Shown here: piece by piece, positions 1 to 10,722 of the stretch | Position numbering within the stretch: the stretch's first letter is position 1 | How the letters are laid out: each line of letters begins with the position of its first letter | Assembly: GCA_025558095.1 (NCBI GenBank) | Contig: JAIVFI010000040.1 | Location: 372,001 to 436,000 of the forward strand | DNA length: 64,000 nt | From: Hyaloraphidium curvatum SAG 235-1 | Lineage: Eukaryota; Fungi; Monoblepharomycota | Direction: 5' to 3' | Translations under genes and position numbers: made by a program | Notes under the pieces: model-generated | Database searches by the model: none | What the model saw: only the letters and a program-made list of their open reading frames with translations | Told to the model about the DNA's origin: nothing

Positions 1-450
1 ATAGTCCAGGTGGAGCGTGAGGCGGCGGAGCCTGTGCAGCCTGGAATCGCTCCTGATCTCGGAAAGATCCCGCGCTTCCTCGATCGACGGGAAGTCGAGA
101 TCCAGGTACTCGACGCCGTCGCCGCAGAGACGCACTATGAACTTGAGCACCTCCCACGCGACGCCTTTCTTCCAGCCCAGGGTGAGCTTCCTCACGAAGC
201 GAAAGCTGGAGTGCTTCATGCCCCAGTCCACGAAGTTGAGCATGCGGGCAAGGGTATCGAACATGGCCTCCGTGTCCACTTCGGAGATGAAGTGCGGCCG
301 CACGAGTTCCCGCATCGCCCGGCACGCGCACATCATCTCGACCAGGGTCCGCGACCGAGCCGGGAAGCATTTCACGATCTTGAGGATGAGTTCGGGGGGC
401 AGGACGGGCTTGTCCTCGTCCGCGGAAGGATGCTTCCACAGCTCTCTCAT
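1..450 (-). CDS. F-box protein, N-terminal part (runs off the left edge of the window)
   Basis: Minus strand from ATG at 450 reads MRELWKHPSADEDKPVLPPELILKIVKCFPARSRTLVEMMCACRAMRELVRP (F-box LPxELIxxI) and then LRR-like FVRKLTL/VEYLDL/LRRLTL. The frame is open to position 1 and is not in the ORF track. Confidence 0.7.
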   Translation of the reverse strand, partial: MRELWKHPSADEDKPVLPPELILKIVKCFPARSRTLVEMMCACRAMRELVRPHFISEVDTEAMFDTLARMLNFVDWGMKHSSFRFVRKLTLGWKKGVAWEVLKFIVRLCGDGVEYLDLDFPSIEEARDLSEIRSDSRLHRLRRLTLHLDY

Positions 451-1006
451 CCACGCAATTTCTCGCGACCGTCCTTCTCTGGAAGCTGTGGAGTGCAACC
501 TGCGCAATCTTCCCAACGACTGGCACCTCTCCTTCCCCCCCGCGATCTTGCCAAAGATCACGAGCTGGTTCAATTGGATTGGAACTTCGCTTTCGCCGTT
601 GCTCCTCGACGCAGTGCCTGGATCCCCCGTGTTTGCTCCTTCTGAGCTGGTTTGCAAAGGCTTTCCATCCGAGGAGGATTGGGATGCGATCGCGAGGCTA
701 GTTTCCGTCCGCCGTCTTGTCTTGCGCACAATGGTCGAGGGTGAGGCGTTGCTCCGGAACCTGCCCCGCCATTTCAGTGTTTTCGAGGTGTATGGGCTCG
801 TGATCACTGGGTTGGACCTTTCTGTCTTGCAGGGCATCGGAGAGAATTTGGTCGGTACCGGAGCGAGGATCATCTTGCACATCATCGGCGCTCGGACGCC
901 GGAGCGGACAGCAGCTGCGGTGCAGGAGCTTGACTTTTGGCGGTCTTCTGGCCGGTGGGAGTGCATAGTGGCACCGTGGGTCGAGGACTTCATCCGCTCG
1001 GACTAA
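451..1006 (+). pseudogene. Orphan C-terminal half of an F-box/LRR-like protein
   Basis: The 3' half of ORF 17..1006 looks protein-like (SLEAVECNL, VRRLVL, LPRHFSVFEV, QELDFW), while its 5' half is simply the antisense of the F-box at 1-450. No own start codon. Confidence 0.45.
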
Positions 1007-1051
1007 TGGGAGCCGGAAAACGGGATCAACAGGAGCTGTACGCCAATGCCG

Positions 1052-2077
1052 CTATACATTGATCCCCGCCCTCGCCCACACCTCCTTGGTCGACTTCCAG
1101 ACCGCCTCCCTCGCTTCCTCGGTGTGCCCCGAGGACTTGCCCACGTCCTGCCCCGTCTTGCCAATCAGCACCAGCCCCTTCCTCGCGTCCTTGTCGTCCG
1201 CCAGCAGCGGCGTCGACAGGAACTCGGCCGCGTCCTCCTTCTTGGTCGCAAACACCATCATCGCCCGCGCCGCCTTGCGCGCCAGCCAGGGCAGCTCGGT
1301 GCCCCAGTTGGTGGCCACCACGCCCGGCGCGGCGTGGGCAAAAGTGATGTTGGCATTTGCGGGGTCCCGGGAAAAGGTGTCGAGGCAGAGGTCGGTGTAG
1401 AAGCCGGCGGCGTCGGCGGCATTCTTGAGGCTGTAGGTCGTCTTCAGCTCCGGGTCGGTCTTCCAACCTGCGTACGGGGAGTGCACGCCGGCAGAGAGGA
1501 CAGAAAGAACACGCGGGGAGGGAGATTGCCGCAGGAGGGGGAGGAGGAGTTGGATCAGCGCCATCCTGCCATCTGACCAAGGACGTGTCAGTGAAGAGTC
1601 GAGCGCCGATAATCCAATCGAGTGAAACCCACAGTAATGAAGCTGCATCTTCACGTCGATGCCCTCCGCCGTCTCCGTACGGCCCTGCATCGTCGCGATC
1701 CCCTGCGTGACGACGAGCACGTCCAGCTTCTTCCGCGTCTCGGCCAGCTCCTTGAGGTTCTGGAGAAGCGACGCGTCGACCTTGAGAAACTCGAGGTTCT
1801 GGCCCTCGCCCCCTCCCGCGGCCTCCTTCATCTCTTTGACCACCTCCTCGCCGGCCTCGACCGACCGCCCGGCGACGGCAACGTCCATTCCTGCGGCGGC
1901 GAGGCGCACCCCGATCGCGCGGCCGAGCCCGGAGGTGCCGCCGACAACCAACGCCGAGCGGCCGGGGAAGCGGCGCGCGTTGAGCGCGCGGGCGGCAGCG
2001 AGGGCCGACATGTCCGTTCCAAGGGCGCGGTTGAGGAGGAACGCTACGAGCGCCGGGAGCGCGAGGAACAGGAGCAC
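1052..2077 (-). CDS. Short-chain dehydrogenase/reductase
   Basis: Rossmann motif ALVVGGTSGLGRAIG, LDVLVVTQGI, RVLSVLSAG, HAAPGVVAT. Probable in-frame intron ~1573-1632. Start uncertain (ATG at 2011 or an upstream exon). Confidence 0.85.
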   Translation of the reverse strand: MLLFLALPALVAFLLNRALGTDMSALAAARALNARRFPGRSALVVGGTSGLGRAIGVRLAAAGMDVAVAGRSVEAGEEVVKEMKEAAGGGEGQNLEFLKVDASLLQNLKELAETRKKLDVLVVTQGIATMQGRTETAEGIDVKMQLHYCGFHSIGLSALDSSLTRPWSDGRMALIQLLLPLLRQSPSPRVLSVLSAGVHSPYAGWKTDPELKTTYSLKNAADAAGFYTDLCLDTFSRDPANANITFAHAAPGVVATNWGTELPWLARKAARAMMVFATKKEDAAEFLSTPLLADDKDARKGLVLIGKTGQDVGKSSGHTEEAREAVWKSTKEVWARAGINV

Positions 2078-2367
2078 GGCGCGGGCGGCGACGGGGAGCG
2101 CCAGCAGTCCGGCAGCAGCGCGTCTCCGAAAGAAGACGCGCTAGAAATAAGTCGGATCTGGCGCGCTGTCCCTTTTATGCTCCGACGCGTGTTTGCGCGA
2201 GAGAAACCGCGCTGCGGCCGCCGCGCCCGATCGCGCTACAGTATCAGTGCCCCTGGACCACCGCTCCAGCTCGGGAGCTCTCTGCTTTCCGAGCACTTGG
2301 TCTTCAGTACTTAGGGCAGCGGAAGTCGCCCTGTTGGCGGCATCGTCGTCCGAAGAACTCGAGCATC

Positions 2368-2793
2368 ATGCCCCCGCGGAAGCCGGCCTTCGCGGCCCGG
2401 CAGCTCTCCGACCTGCCTGCGGAGGCGCTGGGCTTCGTCGCTGAATATCTGCCGGACGCCGACTTGGCGGAGTTCTCGCTGGCGAACCGGAAGCTCCGCG
2501 CCCAGGTCCTGCCGGAGTTGCGACGGATGACACGGGAGATCGAGAAGAACTGAATGGTGGACGTTGGTGGCATGTGGCAACTTGCAGATTTGGAACATGA
2601 AGGCGTCGATGATATCCGGGTCGCGGGAAAAACAATGACTGCATGGTGTCTCTTGCGGACCCCGACAGTCTCTTGCGACGGTTTCGACACTCATGAGGGA
2701 GTACAGGTGGCCCCGCGAAGGAGCAGACAAGGGGAGCCCTTGCTTTCCTCAGTGCCGAAGTGCCATCCATGCCGCCCCCGGTCACATCGATGA
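2368..2793 (+). pseudogene. F-box gene remnant
   Basis: MPPRKPAFAARQLSDLPAEALGFVAEYLPDADLAEFSLANRKLR is F-box-like. In-frame TGA at 2551-2553, after which the same frame continues (2554..2793) and degrades. Confidence 0.5.
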
Positions 2794-2952
2794 AAGCTAT
2801 TAGCGTCTGTTGCTTTAATCCATTTGATATGGGTTGGCCTGCAACACTTTTGCCTGGTCGCCTCGCAGGGGGCGCCTCCAACGGCCGCATGACGCCATCT
2901 CCTGCCTCTTTGTCTCCCAACACGTCCGTCCTCCTGCCGGCCGCCACGAAAA

Positions 2953-4375
2953 ATGGCCGCGGACCTGCAGCAAGCGTCGCTCGCCACCGGGCCTTCTCCC
3001 GCTGATGTACTTGACCTCCCGACCATCGACTTCTCCCTCTTCCGCGGACCGGCGGCCACCCCCGAAAGCCGGCGCGCCGTAGCGGATGCGGTCCACCGCG
3101 CCGCCACCGACCACGGCTTCCTCTATTTGCTGAACACCGGTCTGCCACGCGACGAAATCGACCGGCTGTTCGGCGTGGGGAAAGGGTTCTTTGCCGACGT
3201 GCCCGCCGAGGTCCGGCGGGACCCCCGATGTGCGTTGCTCCGCATGAGGGGCAAAGCGCGCTCAAACTGACGAGCTGCGCCGTTCAGGGGCTTTCGGAGG
3301 GGACTATGCCGGCTACCGGGACACCTCGTTCCCCGTTTCGACGCCCAACGGGCTCCCCGCGGACCCGAAAGTGGAAATCTCGATGATGCGGAGGCAGGGC
3401 ACGCGGCTCCCACCCTCGTTCAACGGGGACCGCGGTTTCTTCGGGTACGACTTCCTGAATGTGCCCGGGAAGTGGGGACCGGGCGAATTCGACAAGACTA
3501 GGGTCTGGGTGAGGCCTGTCTACGAGATTCCGACGAACGACCCGTGACGGACCGTTTCGCTCGTCAGCCGGACTATATCAACGAGCGCGGTCAGGAGGTT
3601 CGTCAGTTTACAAGGCGAATGTACGATCTGGGTCTCGACCTCTTGCGGTACGTCTCGCATGCCAATGTCCAAGTGTGGCCTGACAATACTCGCTGGATGT
3701 TGCAGTTGCTTCGCCATGATGCTCGAGCTGGACGACCCCGAGTGGTTCGTCAAGAAGCACCGCTAGTAGGCACTTGCCTGGCCGCGCTTGTGGAGAGCAA
3801 GCTGATCCGAGTTCCCGCAGCGACGTTCCTTCGCGAGACAGTTTCAGGTGGATCAAGTACGCCCCCGTGCCGGACCACGTGAAGCCAGGACCGGAGGGAA
3901 TCATCCGCACGGCGGCGCACTCGGACTACGGCAGCTTGACGATGCTGATCCAGCACGGAGAGCCGGGCTTGCAGCTCAACCTCCGCGGGCGTTGGGTGGA
4001 CATCAAGCCCAACCCGGACGCGGTCCTCGTCAACATCGCGGACTGTCTGCAATTCTGGTGGGTTCCTCACCCCTCAGTAAGGAACGTTCTGACCAACCGT
4101 TTGACAACAGGACGGAAGGGTACCTGGCGTCGACGCTCCATCGGGTGGTCAGCGACACGCCCGAGCAGCAGCGGCAGACGCGCTACGTCATGGCCTACTT
4201 CATGCGGCCGGAGCACGACTGCCTTCTTGTGGACGTGCCGAGCCCCGTGCTGGCAAAGTGGAAGGAACGGCAGGGGCTGGGTGCCCGCCCGCCGGAGGAG
4301 ATCGTGACGGCGGGCGAGTGGACGAACCGCAAGCTGAAGGCCGTATACGACGTGGACCAGAAGGCGAAGATGTGA
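2953..4375 (+). CDS. 2-oxoglutarate/Fe(II)-dependent oxygenase (IPNS/DIOX family), multi-exon
   Basis: LPTIDFS...DHGFLYLLNTG, HSDYGSLTML (HxD), LVNIADCLQFW, STLHRVV (distal His), RYVMAYF. About 5 short GT-AG introns. Confidence 0.9.
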
Positions 4376-4579
4376 TGTAGTTTGTATTCAGTTGATGTGC
4401 ATCGGTGGAGGTGCTTTAAACTCGATGGTTGGTCCGCGGACGTTGGTGTCTGAGTTGGCATCTGTTCCCAATTCTCGGGCCGCCGCGTCTCGGACGATCG
4501 AGCCGGCTCCTGTGGCAGCGTCCACAGGGAGCCTTTTGCCTTTGCCCGCCCTCACCACGGCGGACCGGCCTTTGCTGCC

Positions 4580-6713
4580 ATGGACGCGACTCTGGACGCG
4601 CTCGAGTCACGGGCGCTGCTCCTCCTCCTCCTCGTGCTCTTTGCCAAGTCACTGGCCACCGTTCTCCACAAAAAGGGCCTGCATTGGCTCTCGGAGACCG
4701 CGATTTACATGCTGGTCGGGATCTTTGCGGCGTTCCTCTTCCAATGGCGGACGCTCTTCGGCGCGGAGCTCCGGTCGCCGACGGGCGAAGCCGAAGAGAG
4801 CGGTCATGTAGGAACTCCCGGTCCCGGAATTGGCGTTCGGTCTTTCTTACGCGATGTTTCTGCTCCGGCGACGCGTTCCTCGATAGCTTATCCGGATGAG
4901 CTCCAAGTTCTTCTACATGGTCCTGCTTCCGCCAATCGTCTTCGAGGTACAGCATCCGAATCCAAGCCAGACGTCGATCTGATGCTGACTACCACTCTTC
5001 CTTGATCAAGGGAGGATATTCGCTCCAGCGACTGCTGTTCTTCAACAACTTCACGCTCATCTTTGCCCTCGCCTGGTTCGGCGGCCTCTTTTCCACCGTC
5101 GTCACGTCGCTTCTCCTCTTCCTTCTGGGACGATTGGTCGTGCCATCGCTGACACTCACTTCCGTGCTCGTGTTCGGCAGTCTCATCAGCTCCACCGATC
5201 CTGTAACCGTGCTGGCGCTTCTCCCCGAGAACTTGGACAAGAAGGTGAAGATTGACCTCGTTTCTCGAGAACACTACTCATTCTCGATCTTGATCCAGCT
5301 CTACATGGTGATTTTTGGCGAATCCGCCCTCAACGACGCTGTTGCGGTGATCCTATACCGGTTCTTCTCTTCCCTTGCGACAGGATCAGGCGCTTTGACG
5401 CCCCTGTCATTCTTCTACTCTGCCGTTCAATCCGCGGGAGTCTTCTTTGGATCCGCCTTGGCAGGCCTTGCCGTGGCTGCGGTCTACGCCCTGCTCACAA
5501 AGTACCTCCGAGCACCGGGCCCCGAGCGGTCGGTCTTCGAGAGCTTCGCCTTCGTTTCCCACGCCTACGTTGGCTATTTGATCGGCGAGTTTCTCGGCTT
5601 GACGGGCATCATCTCGGTGTTCTTTTGCGGGCTGGGGATGTCGCACTACGCCGACGCCAACATGGACGAGCTCTCCCTCGTCGGCACACGCGTGATGCTG
5701 CGCGTCTTCTCGACCTTTTGCGAGGGCTTCGTGTTCATCTACCTCGGGACAGGACTGCTTGCTTTCGGACGGGAGAACACCGCGTATCACGCCGGCTTTA
5801 CGGCAATAGCGATCGTGAGTGACGGGGCGGAAGTTGGTTGTCGGATGCACCAAGTCAACTCTGTCCGTCGCTCCAGCTCGCCATCCTCATTGCGAGGTCG
5901 CACGTCTTCATAATCTGCTCCCTTTCCAGCCTTCTGAAGGGGCCGAAGATCCCGTGGAAGCACCAGGTCCTCGTCTGGTGGGCCGGCCTCCGCGGAGCCG
6001 TGGCTTTCGCCCTCTGCGTCACGCTCCTCGAGGGCAACGCCTTCCCGCTCGAGGTCCGCCGCATCCTCTTCAGCACGGGCGTCCTCGTGGTCAGCTTCAC
6101 GGTGCTCGTCTTTGGCGGCCTCACCCCCGTGGTGCTCAAGTTGCTCAAGATCGACGCCCCGGGTGCCGAGGCCGAGCTCGACACGGGCGGCGGCGACGGC
6201 GAGATGCCGGGCTGGGTGCGCATCCTCAACACCGCGGACGACCGGTTCTTCAAGCCGCTGCTGTCGGATCCGCCCAAGCGGCCCGTGATCCTCGCCGATC
6301 CCGTCGTGCGGCGGCCGCACGAGGTGGCCTACGGCGGCCCGATGTCCGCCGCGGACCTCGGGCCGAACCTGCCCACGGCACTCGGTTCGAGGATGTCGTT
6401 GGCCGGCGCGGGCACGGGGAAGAAGGAGGGTTACGACGACGTGCCGCTGACGGTGCGGACCGCGCCGATCGGACGGGGCGAAGTCGTTCGGACGCCGGCT
6501 GGATCGTTCACGGCCAACCCGTTCCGGGATCCGCTCCCCCCGATCCCTGCGGCTCAGGCCAATGGGGGTAGCAACGGCTCGCTTACCCTTTCGTCGCCTT
6601 CTTTGTCGTCGCTGGTGCTCCGGGCATCCAACTCCAGCCTGAATGGGGCGGGCAGGAGGGACATCCGGGACCTGAGGTTGCCTCCGGCGGGCCAGACGCA
6701 GACGATGAGATAG
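4580..6713 (+). CDS. Na+/H+ exchanger (CPA1, NHX/NHE type), multi-exon
   Basis: Spliced FFYMVLLPPIVFEGGYSL, LISSTDPVTVLA, IFGESALNDAVAVILY, WWAGLRGAVAFAL; multiple TM helices. Confidence 0.92.
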
Positions 6714-7021
6714 AAAATGCGTGCGAGCGTGCTGTGGAGCAGTTGAATGAATGCCTGTCGTTGGCCTGGCCTGCGACGTGCTTGCGGGGAAGCCCGCGGA
6801 CACGGGACGTGGGACGCCGAAAGGTGCCACAGATCGCCTGAAACAGCCCTCGTTGACGTCTCTACATCCCAACGACCTATCGATCCAGTCCTTGCGTGGT
6901 AGGAAACAGTGGGTATCGTCGCGGCCGCACCGCGATTGCATCGTTCAAAGTCCTCAGCAGCCCTCGTCCCGCATCCCTCCTCCCGCCCCTTTTGCCCGGC
7001 GTCCGCCCCCGGCGAGCACGC

Positions 7022-8407
7022 CTACTGCTCGTTCTCCCTCTCCCCCGCGAACCTGAACCCGAGCCCGTCCCCTCCGTCCCGCTTGGGCGTGCCTTCCCCC
7101 CCGGCCCCGTTGCGCGGCGCGGGGCACGGCGTCCCCTGCGCCGGCCCCGCCTCCGCCTCGGCCTCGGCCACCGACTCTGCGCTGCCCCGCACCTCCCCCG
7201 CATCCACCTCCATCCCGTCCTCGGGGTCCGCGTAGACGACGTGGTTCTCGCCCTCGGCGACCGGCACCGCCGCGGCCGCCGCGCCCGCCGCCGCCAGCGC
7301 CTCGGCCGCCTCGACCCTGCCCAGCGTCTGCCCGTCCCCGCCGCCCCTGGCCTCGCCCTCGGTGTCCGACTCCTGCGTCGTGGACCCCTCGTCGAACCCC
7401 TCGAGAAGGTTCTCGCTGCTCACGCTGGCCTCGAGGTTGGCAACCTGCCGGCACATGGGGCACAGGAACATGACGCCCTGCTGGTCGATGAGCGGCTTGA
7501 TGCACTTGAAGTGGAAGCAGTGCGAGCAGGGGGCCAGGAAGAGGGCCTGGAAGGGGGCGATGCAGTTGAGGCAGATGGCGCAGTCGACCGTCGAGGCGGG
7601 GTCGTCGCTGCGGTTGGTGAGGGGGGAGGCGGCGGCGATGAGGGACTTGAGGGCGGCGTGGAGCCTGCGAAGGGCGGGGGGGATGGTCAGGGGGACGCAG
7701 GCGCCGCCGCACCGCCCGACCCACTTGACCGGGTTGACCTGCTTCTTGGTCCCGTCCGGGTGCTGCACCAGCACGCGCATCACGATCGCCTTGTAGATGT
7801 CCTCGGGGCGGTTCTGGTAGTCGACGCCGAGCTGGATCACGTCGCTGTCCTGCAAAGAGAAGGGGAGGGTGAGCGCCGTGGCAAAAGGCGGCCGCGCGCG
7901 GTTGACCTTGAGCGGGTACGGCCTGCTCTCGCGTCCCGACGGGCTCAGCCGCATGCGGTTGAGGAAGGTCCCCGACGAGCTCCCGATGTCCTTGAAGTAC
8001 AGCTGCCCGTCCTTGACCCAGATCTCCGCGTGGCTACGCGACACGACCTTGCTCTTGTACCCGATGAACCCGTCCTCCACCGTCACGAACGGCCCGTCCT
8101 CCCTGCGCTTGCCGTCCTCGCCCTTGGGCTCCACCCGGCGGCCGATGGTGATCCTGCTGCCGTTGCCGACGGTGCGCACGATGGGGTCGAACATGACGGG
8201 CTTGGCGGAGCGCGAGGGGTCGACGAAGGGGAACAGGGTGACCTTGAGCGTGCCCTCCTCGTCGGCGTCGTCGGCGGGGGGGAGCGAGGGGTCGGCGGCG
8301 GCGCGGTCGAGGCCGGCGTCGGCGCTGGCGCGGAGGCTGCCGGGGACGGAGTTGTCGGCGGTGCCGAGGTCGGCCATGGAGGCCGCCGCGGAGGCGCGCG
8401 AGTCCAT
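7022..8407 (-). CDS. DMA1: FHA + RING E3 ubiquitin ligase (Dma1/Chf family)
   Basis: FHA motifs IGR, SKVVSRSHAEIW, DIGSSSGTFLN, DVIQLGVDY; RING CAICL...APCSHCFHFKC...CPMCRQVANLEA. Two in-frame introns. Confidence 0.9.
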   Translation of the reverse strand: MDSRASAAASMADLGTADNSVPGSLRASADAGLDRAAADPSLPPADDADEEGTLKVTLFPFVDPSRSAKPVMFDPIVRTVGNGSRITIGRRVEPKGEDGKRREDGPFVTVEDGFIGYKSKVVSRSHAEIWVKDGQLYFKDIGSSSGTFLNRMRLSPSGRESRPYPLKVNRARPPFATALTLPFSLQDSDVIQLGVDYQNRPEDIYKAIVMRVLVQHPDGTKKQVNPVKWVGRCGGACVPLTIPPALRRLHAALKSLIAAASPLTNRSDDPASTVDCAICLNCIAPFQALFLAPCSHCFHFKCIKPLIDQQGVMFLCPMCRQVANLEASVSSENLLEGFDEGSTTQESDTEGEARGGGDGQTLGRVEAAEALAAAGAAAAAVPVAEGENHVVYADPEDGMEVDAGEVRGSAESVAEAEAEAGPAQGTPCPAPRNGAGGEGTPKRDGGDGLGFRFAGERENEQ

Positions 8408-9253
8408 TTTCGGGGAGGAGGGGGTGTCGGGAGTGCTAGCGACGACTGCGGGAACAGGGAGGGGGAAAGACGGTCAGCCGGTTCCGGCAGACGGAGGACT
8501 CCGCCGGTGCGGTGCGAGCGGTGCACGCGAACCCCCCGAGGTGCCCAGCCAAGGCCCTCGGCGCACGCAGCACAGCCTCAGCACCCCGAATAGGGGTGTT
8601 TCGGGCGGGTTCCGGGCACCGCCGGCCGCCGCTGGGGCCGACCGCTCGCGGCGCCCGCGCGGCCCAAACACCGCGCGCCGTCCTTCCTCCGCTCGGGGCG
8701 CAACGCACCTGCGCTGTCGCCTGCCGGCAATTCGCGGCGCGGGATGCGCGGGGCTCGATGGGCGGGCCGCGGGGAGGGCCGCCGCGGAATTGGAGGGGCG
8801 GGCGGAGCGGGAGGGCGGGGGGAGCGCGGCCGGGGGCGGCGCGCGCGCGCCGCGCTCGGGTCGTCGGGAGCGCCGCGCGGGGGGGGCGCACCGGCTGGCG
8901 GGCGCACGGGCGGGGGATTCGGGAAGTCAAACAACGGTGGTTGCGAAGCGAGGTGGACAAAGCGTCGCGCTCACAAACCGTCCCCGGGCTCGGCAGGCCC
9001 GGCACCCGGAAACATCGGAAGCTGGACGACCGCCCGGCAAATCATAATCTTCGGCAGCTTCTTGATGAGATGCGCGGGACGATTGGCCGCCGATCACGGG
9101 AGGACACTCCGCCGCCGGGCCGGACCGTCCCCGAATCACGACGCGAGATCTCCGCATTCGCAAACACCGGGCACGCCAAACAACGGGATCCCAATCCACT
9201 GCCAGCTCCCAAAGTCCGATCGAGCCTCGGATCGACGCGAGGCCCATCCGAAA

Positions 9254-10285
9254 TCACAGCTTGGCCAGCTCCCCCTTGACCTTGTCGGAAGCCAGGTTGC
9301 CCGCGACCCTCACGAACTCTGCCGGCTCCGAGAACCGGATGTTCTTGTCCTCGAGCCCCTTGGCCACGATCTCGAGGCCGCCGGCCCGGATCATGAACTC
9401 CAGGCGGTGGTCGCGGTACTGCCGGCGGAACACCCCCTTGGAAAAGTTGCCCACGGCGGCCTTCATGGTCTGCGCCTCCTCCTTGTTGGCCTGCAGGGCG
9501 CACCGGCTTCGTCAGCAGCCGACGGCGCCGGAACGTGCCACCGCAGCCGACCTTGAGCACCCCCCTGACGCTGTCCCGCTCCCTCACAGCCGCCCACCAT
9601 TTCCCCAGCCTGCTCCCCGGCGCCGGCACCACCCCGTACCCCACCGCCCCCGCCATCACGCTCGCCGCCGCCGCATCCGCCACCGAGAATCTTTCCCCGC
9701 ACACGAACGGCCCCTCCACCTGCGCCTCGAGCCACGCCTGCCACGCCCGCAGCTCCTCCTTCGCCTTCCCGATCACCGCGGCCCGCAGCGGGCTGCCCTC
9801 GGGCCCGGCGCGCCCGAACGCGAGGACCTCGTTCAGCGCCCACGTGCACGCCTCGAAGTGCGTGTCCATCGCGTCCTCCACCGTCCTCGCCCTCGCCCTC
9901 CGCACCGCCCCCTCGGGCCGCATCGGAACATCCGGGTACGCGTCGTCGAGGTACTCCGCGATCACCGTCGAATCATGGAGCACCAGCGCGCCCTGCCCCC
10001 CGGGGCCGGGGGGGCGGGTGTCGACGAGCACGGGCACCTCCCCGCGCGGGGAGACGGAGGCGAGGAGCGCGCGGACCGCGGCGGGGGCGGTGCCGACGGT
10101 GTGGCGGACGTAGGGGAGGCGCTTCTCGGCGAGGAGGATCTTGACTGCCGCCGGGAGGGGGGAGGGAGACGGGGAAGGGCGGTGGAGGACGGGTCAGGCC
10201 GGCGCGGGGATCGCGGGGGAACGGCACGGGGCGTGCCTTTGTTGGCGTAGGGGGAGAGCGAGGCGTCGATGAGGATCAGCGTCAT
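9254..10285 (-). CDS. Glutathione S-transferase
   Basis: SPYANKVKILLAEK, SPRGEVPVLVD, LHDSTVIAEYLDDAYP, FVCGERFSVADAA. Two introns, the first GC-AG (10145-10236). Confidence 0.9.
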
Positions 10286-10722
10286 CGCGAGGCTGCCGAT
10301 AAGGCGGTCCGGGACGACGGCCGGGGATGAATGATTTGGCGGGGGATCTGCCGGCGCCGGCCGCCCCGTCTGGCGAGGCGCTGTCGCGATGTCCCCATCA
10401 GAATCCGATCGGATGACCCAGTGACGTTGCTTTTCTGCTCAAGTACAGGCGCCTATCGGCCTCGCTGGGTGTTCGCTGTCTTTCGGTGTTGGGCTGCCCT
10501 CGCGGCAAGTCAAACATCGGGGGGGAGGACGGCGGATCAAGCCATCCCGGCGTCCGATCGGCCGTCCGGACTGGAAAAGAAACATCCGACAATGCCCTGC
10601 CTGCGGAATCGGTGATGTCTTTGGCATCCTGGGCGACGACGGGGGCCGTGTTTTCGGGGCCGGCGAGATCCCTGAACCGGCCGGACCTCCAGCTCACCGC
10701 CCGCCACCGCGCGCCCCGGGCC

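Noticed and set aside
8410-9250. Structured RNA or element in the extremely GC-rich stretch upstream of DMA1 (similarly 21560-22140)
   Set aside because: No tRNA, rRNA or snRNA signatures or terminal repeats seen; best explained as promoter/5' UTR.
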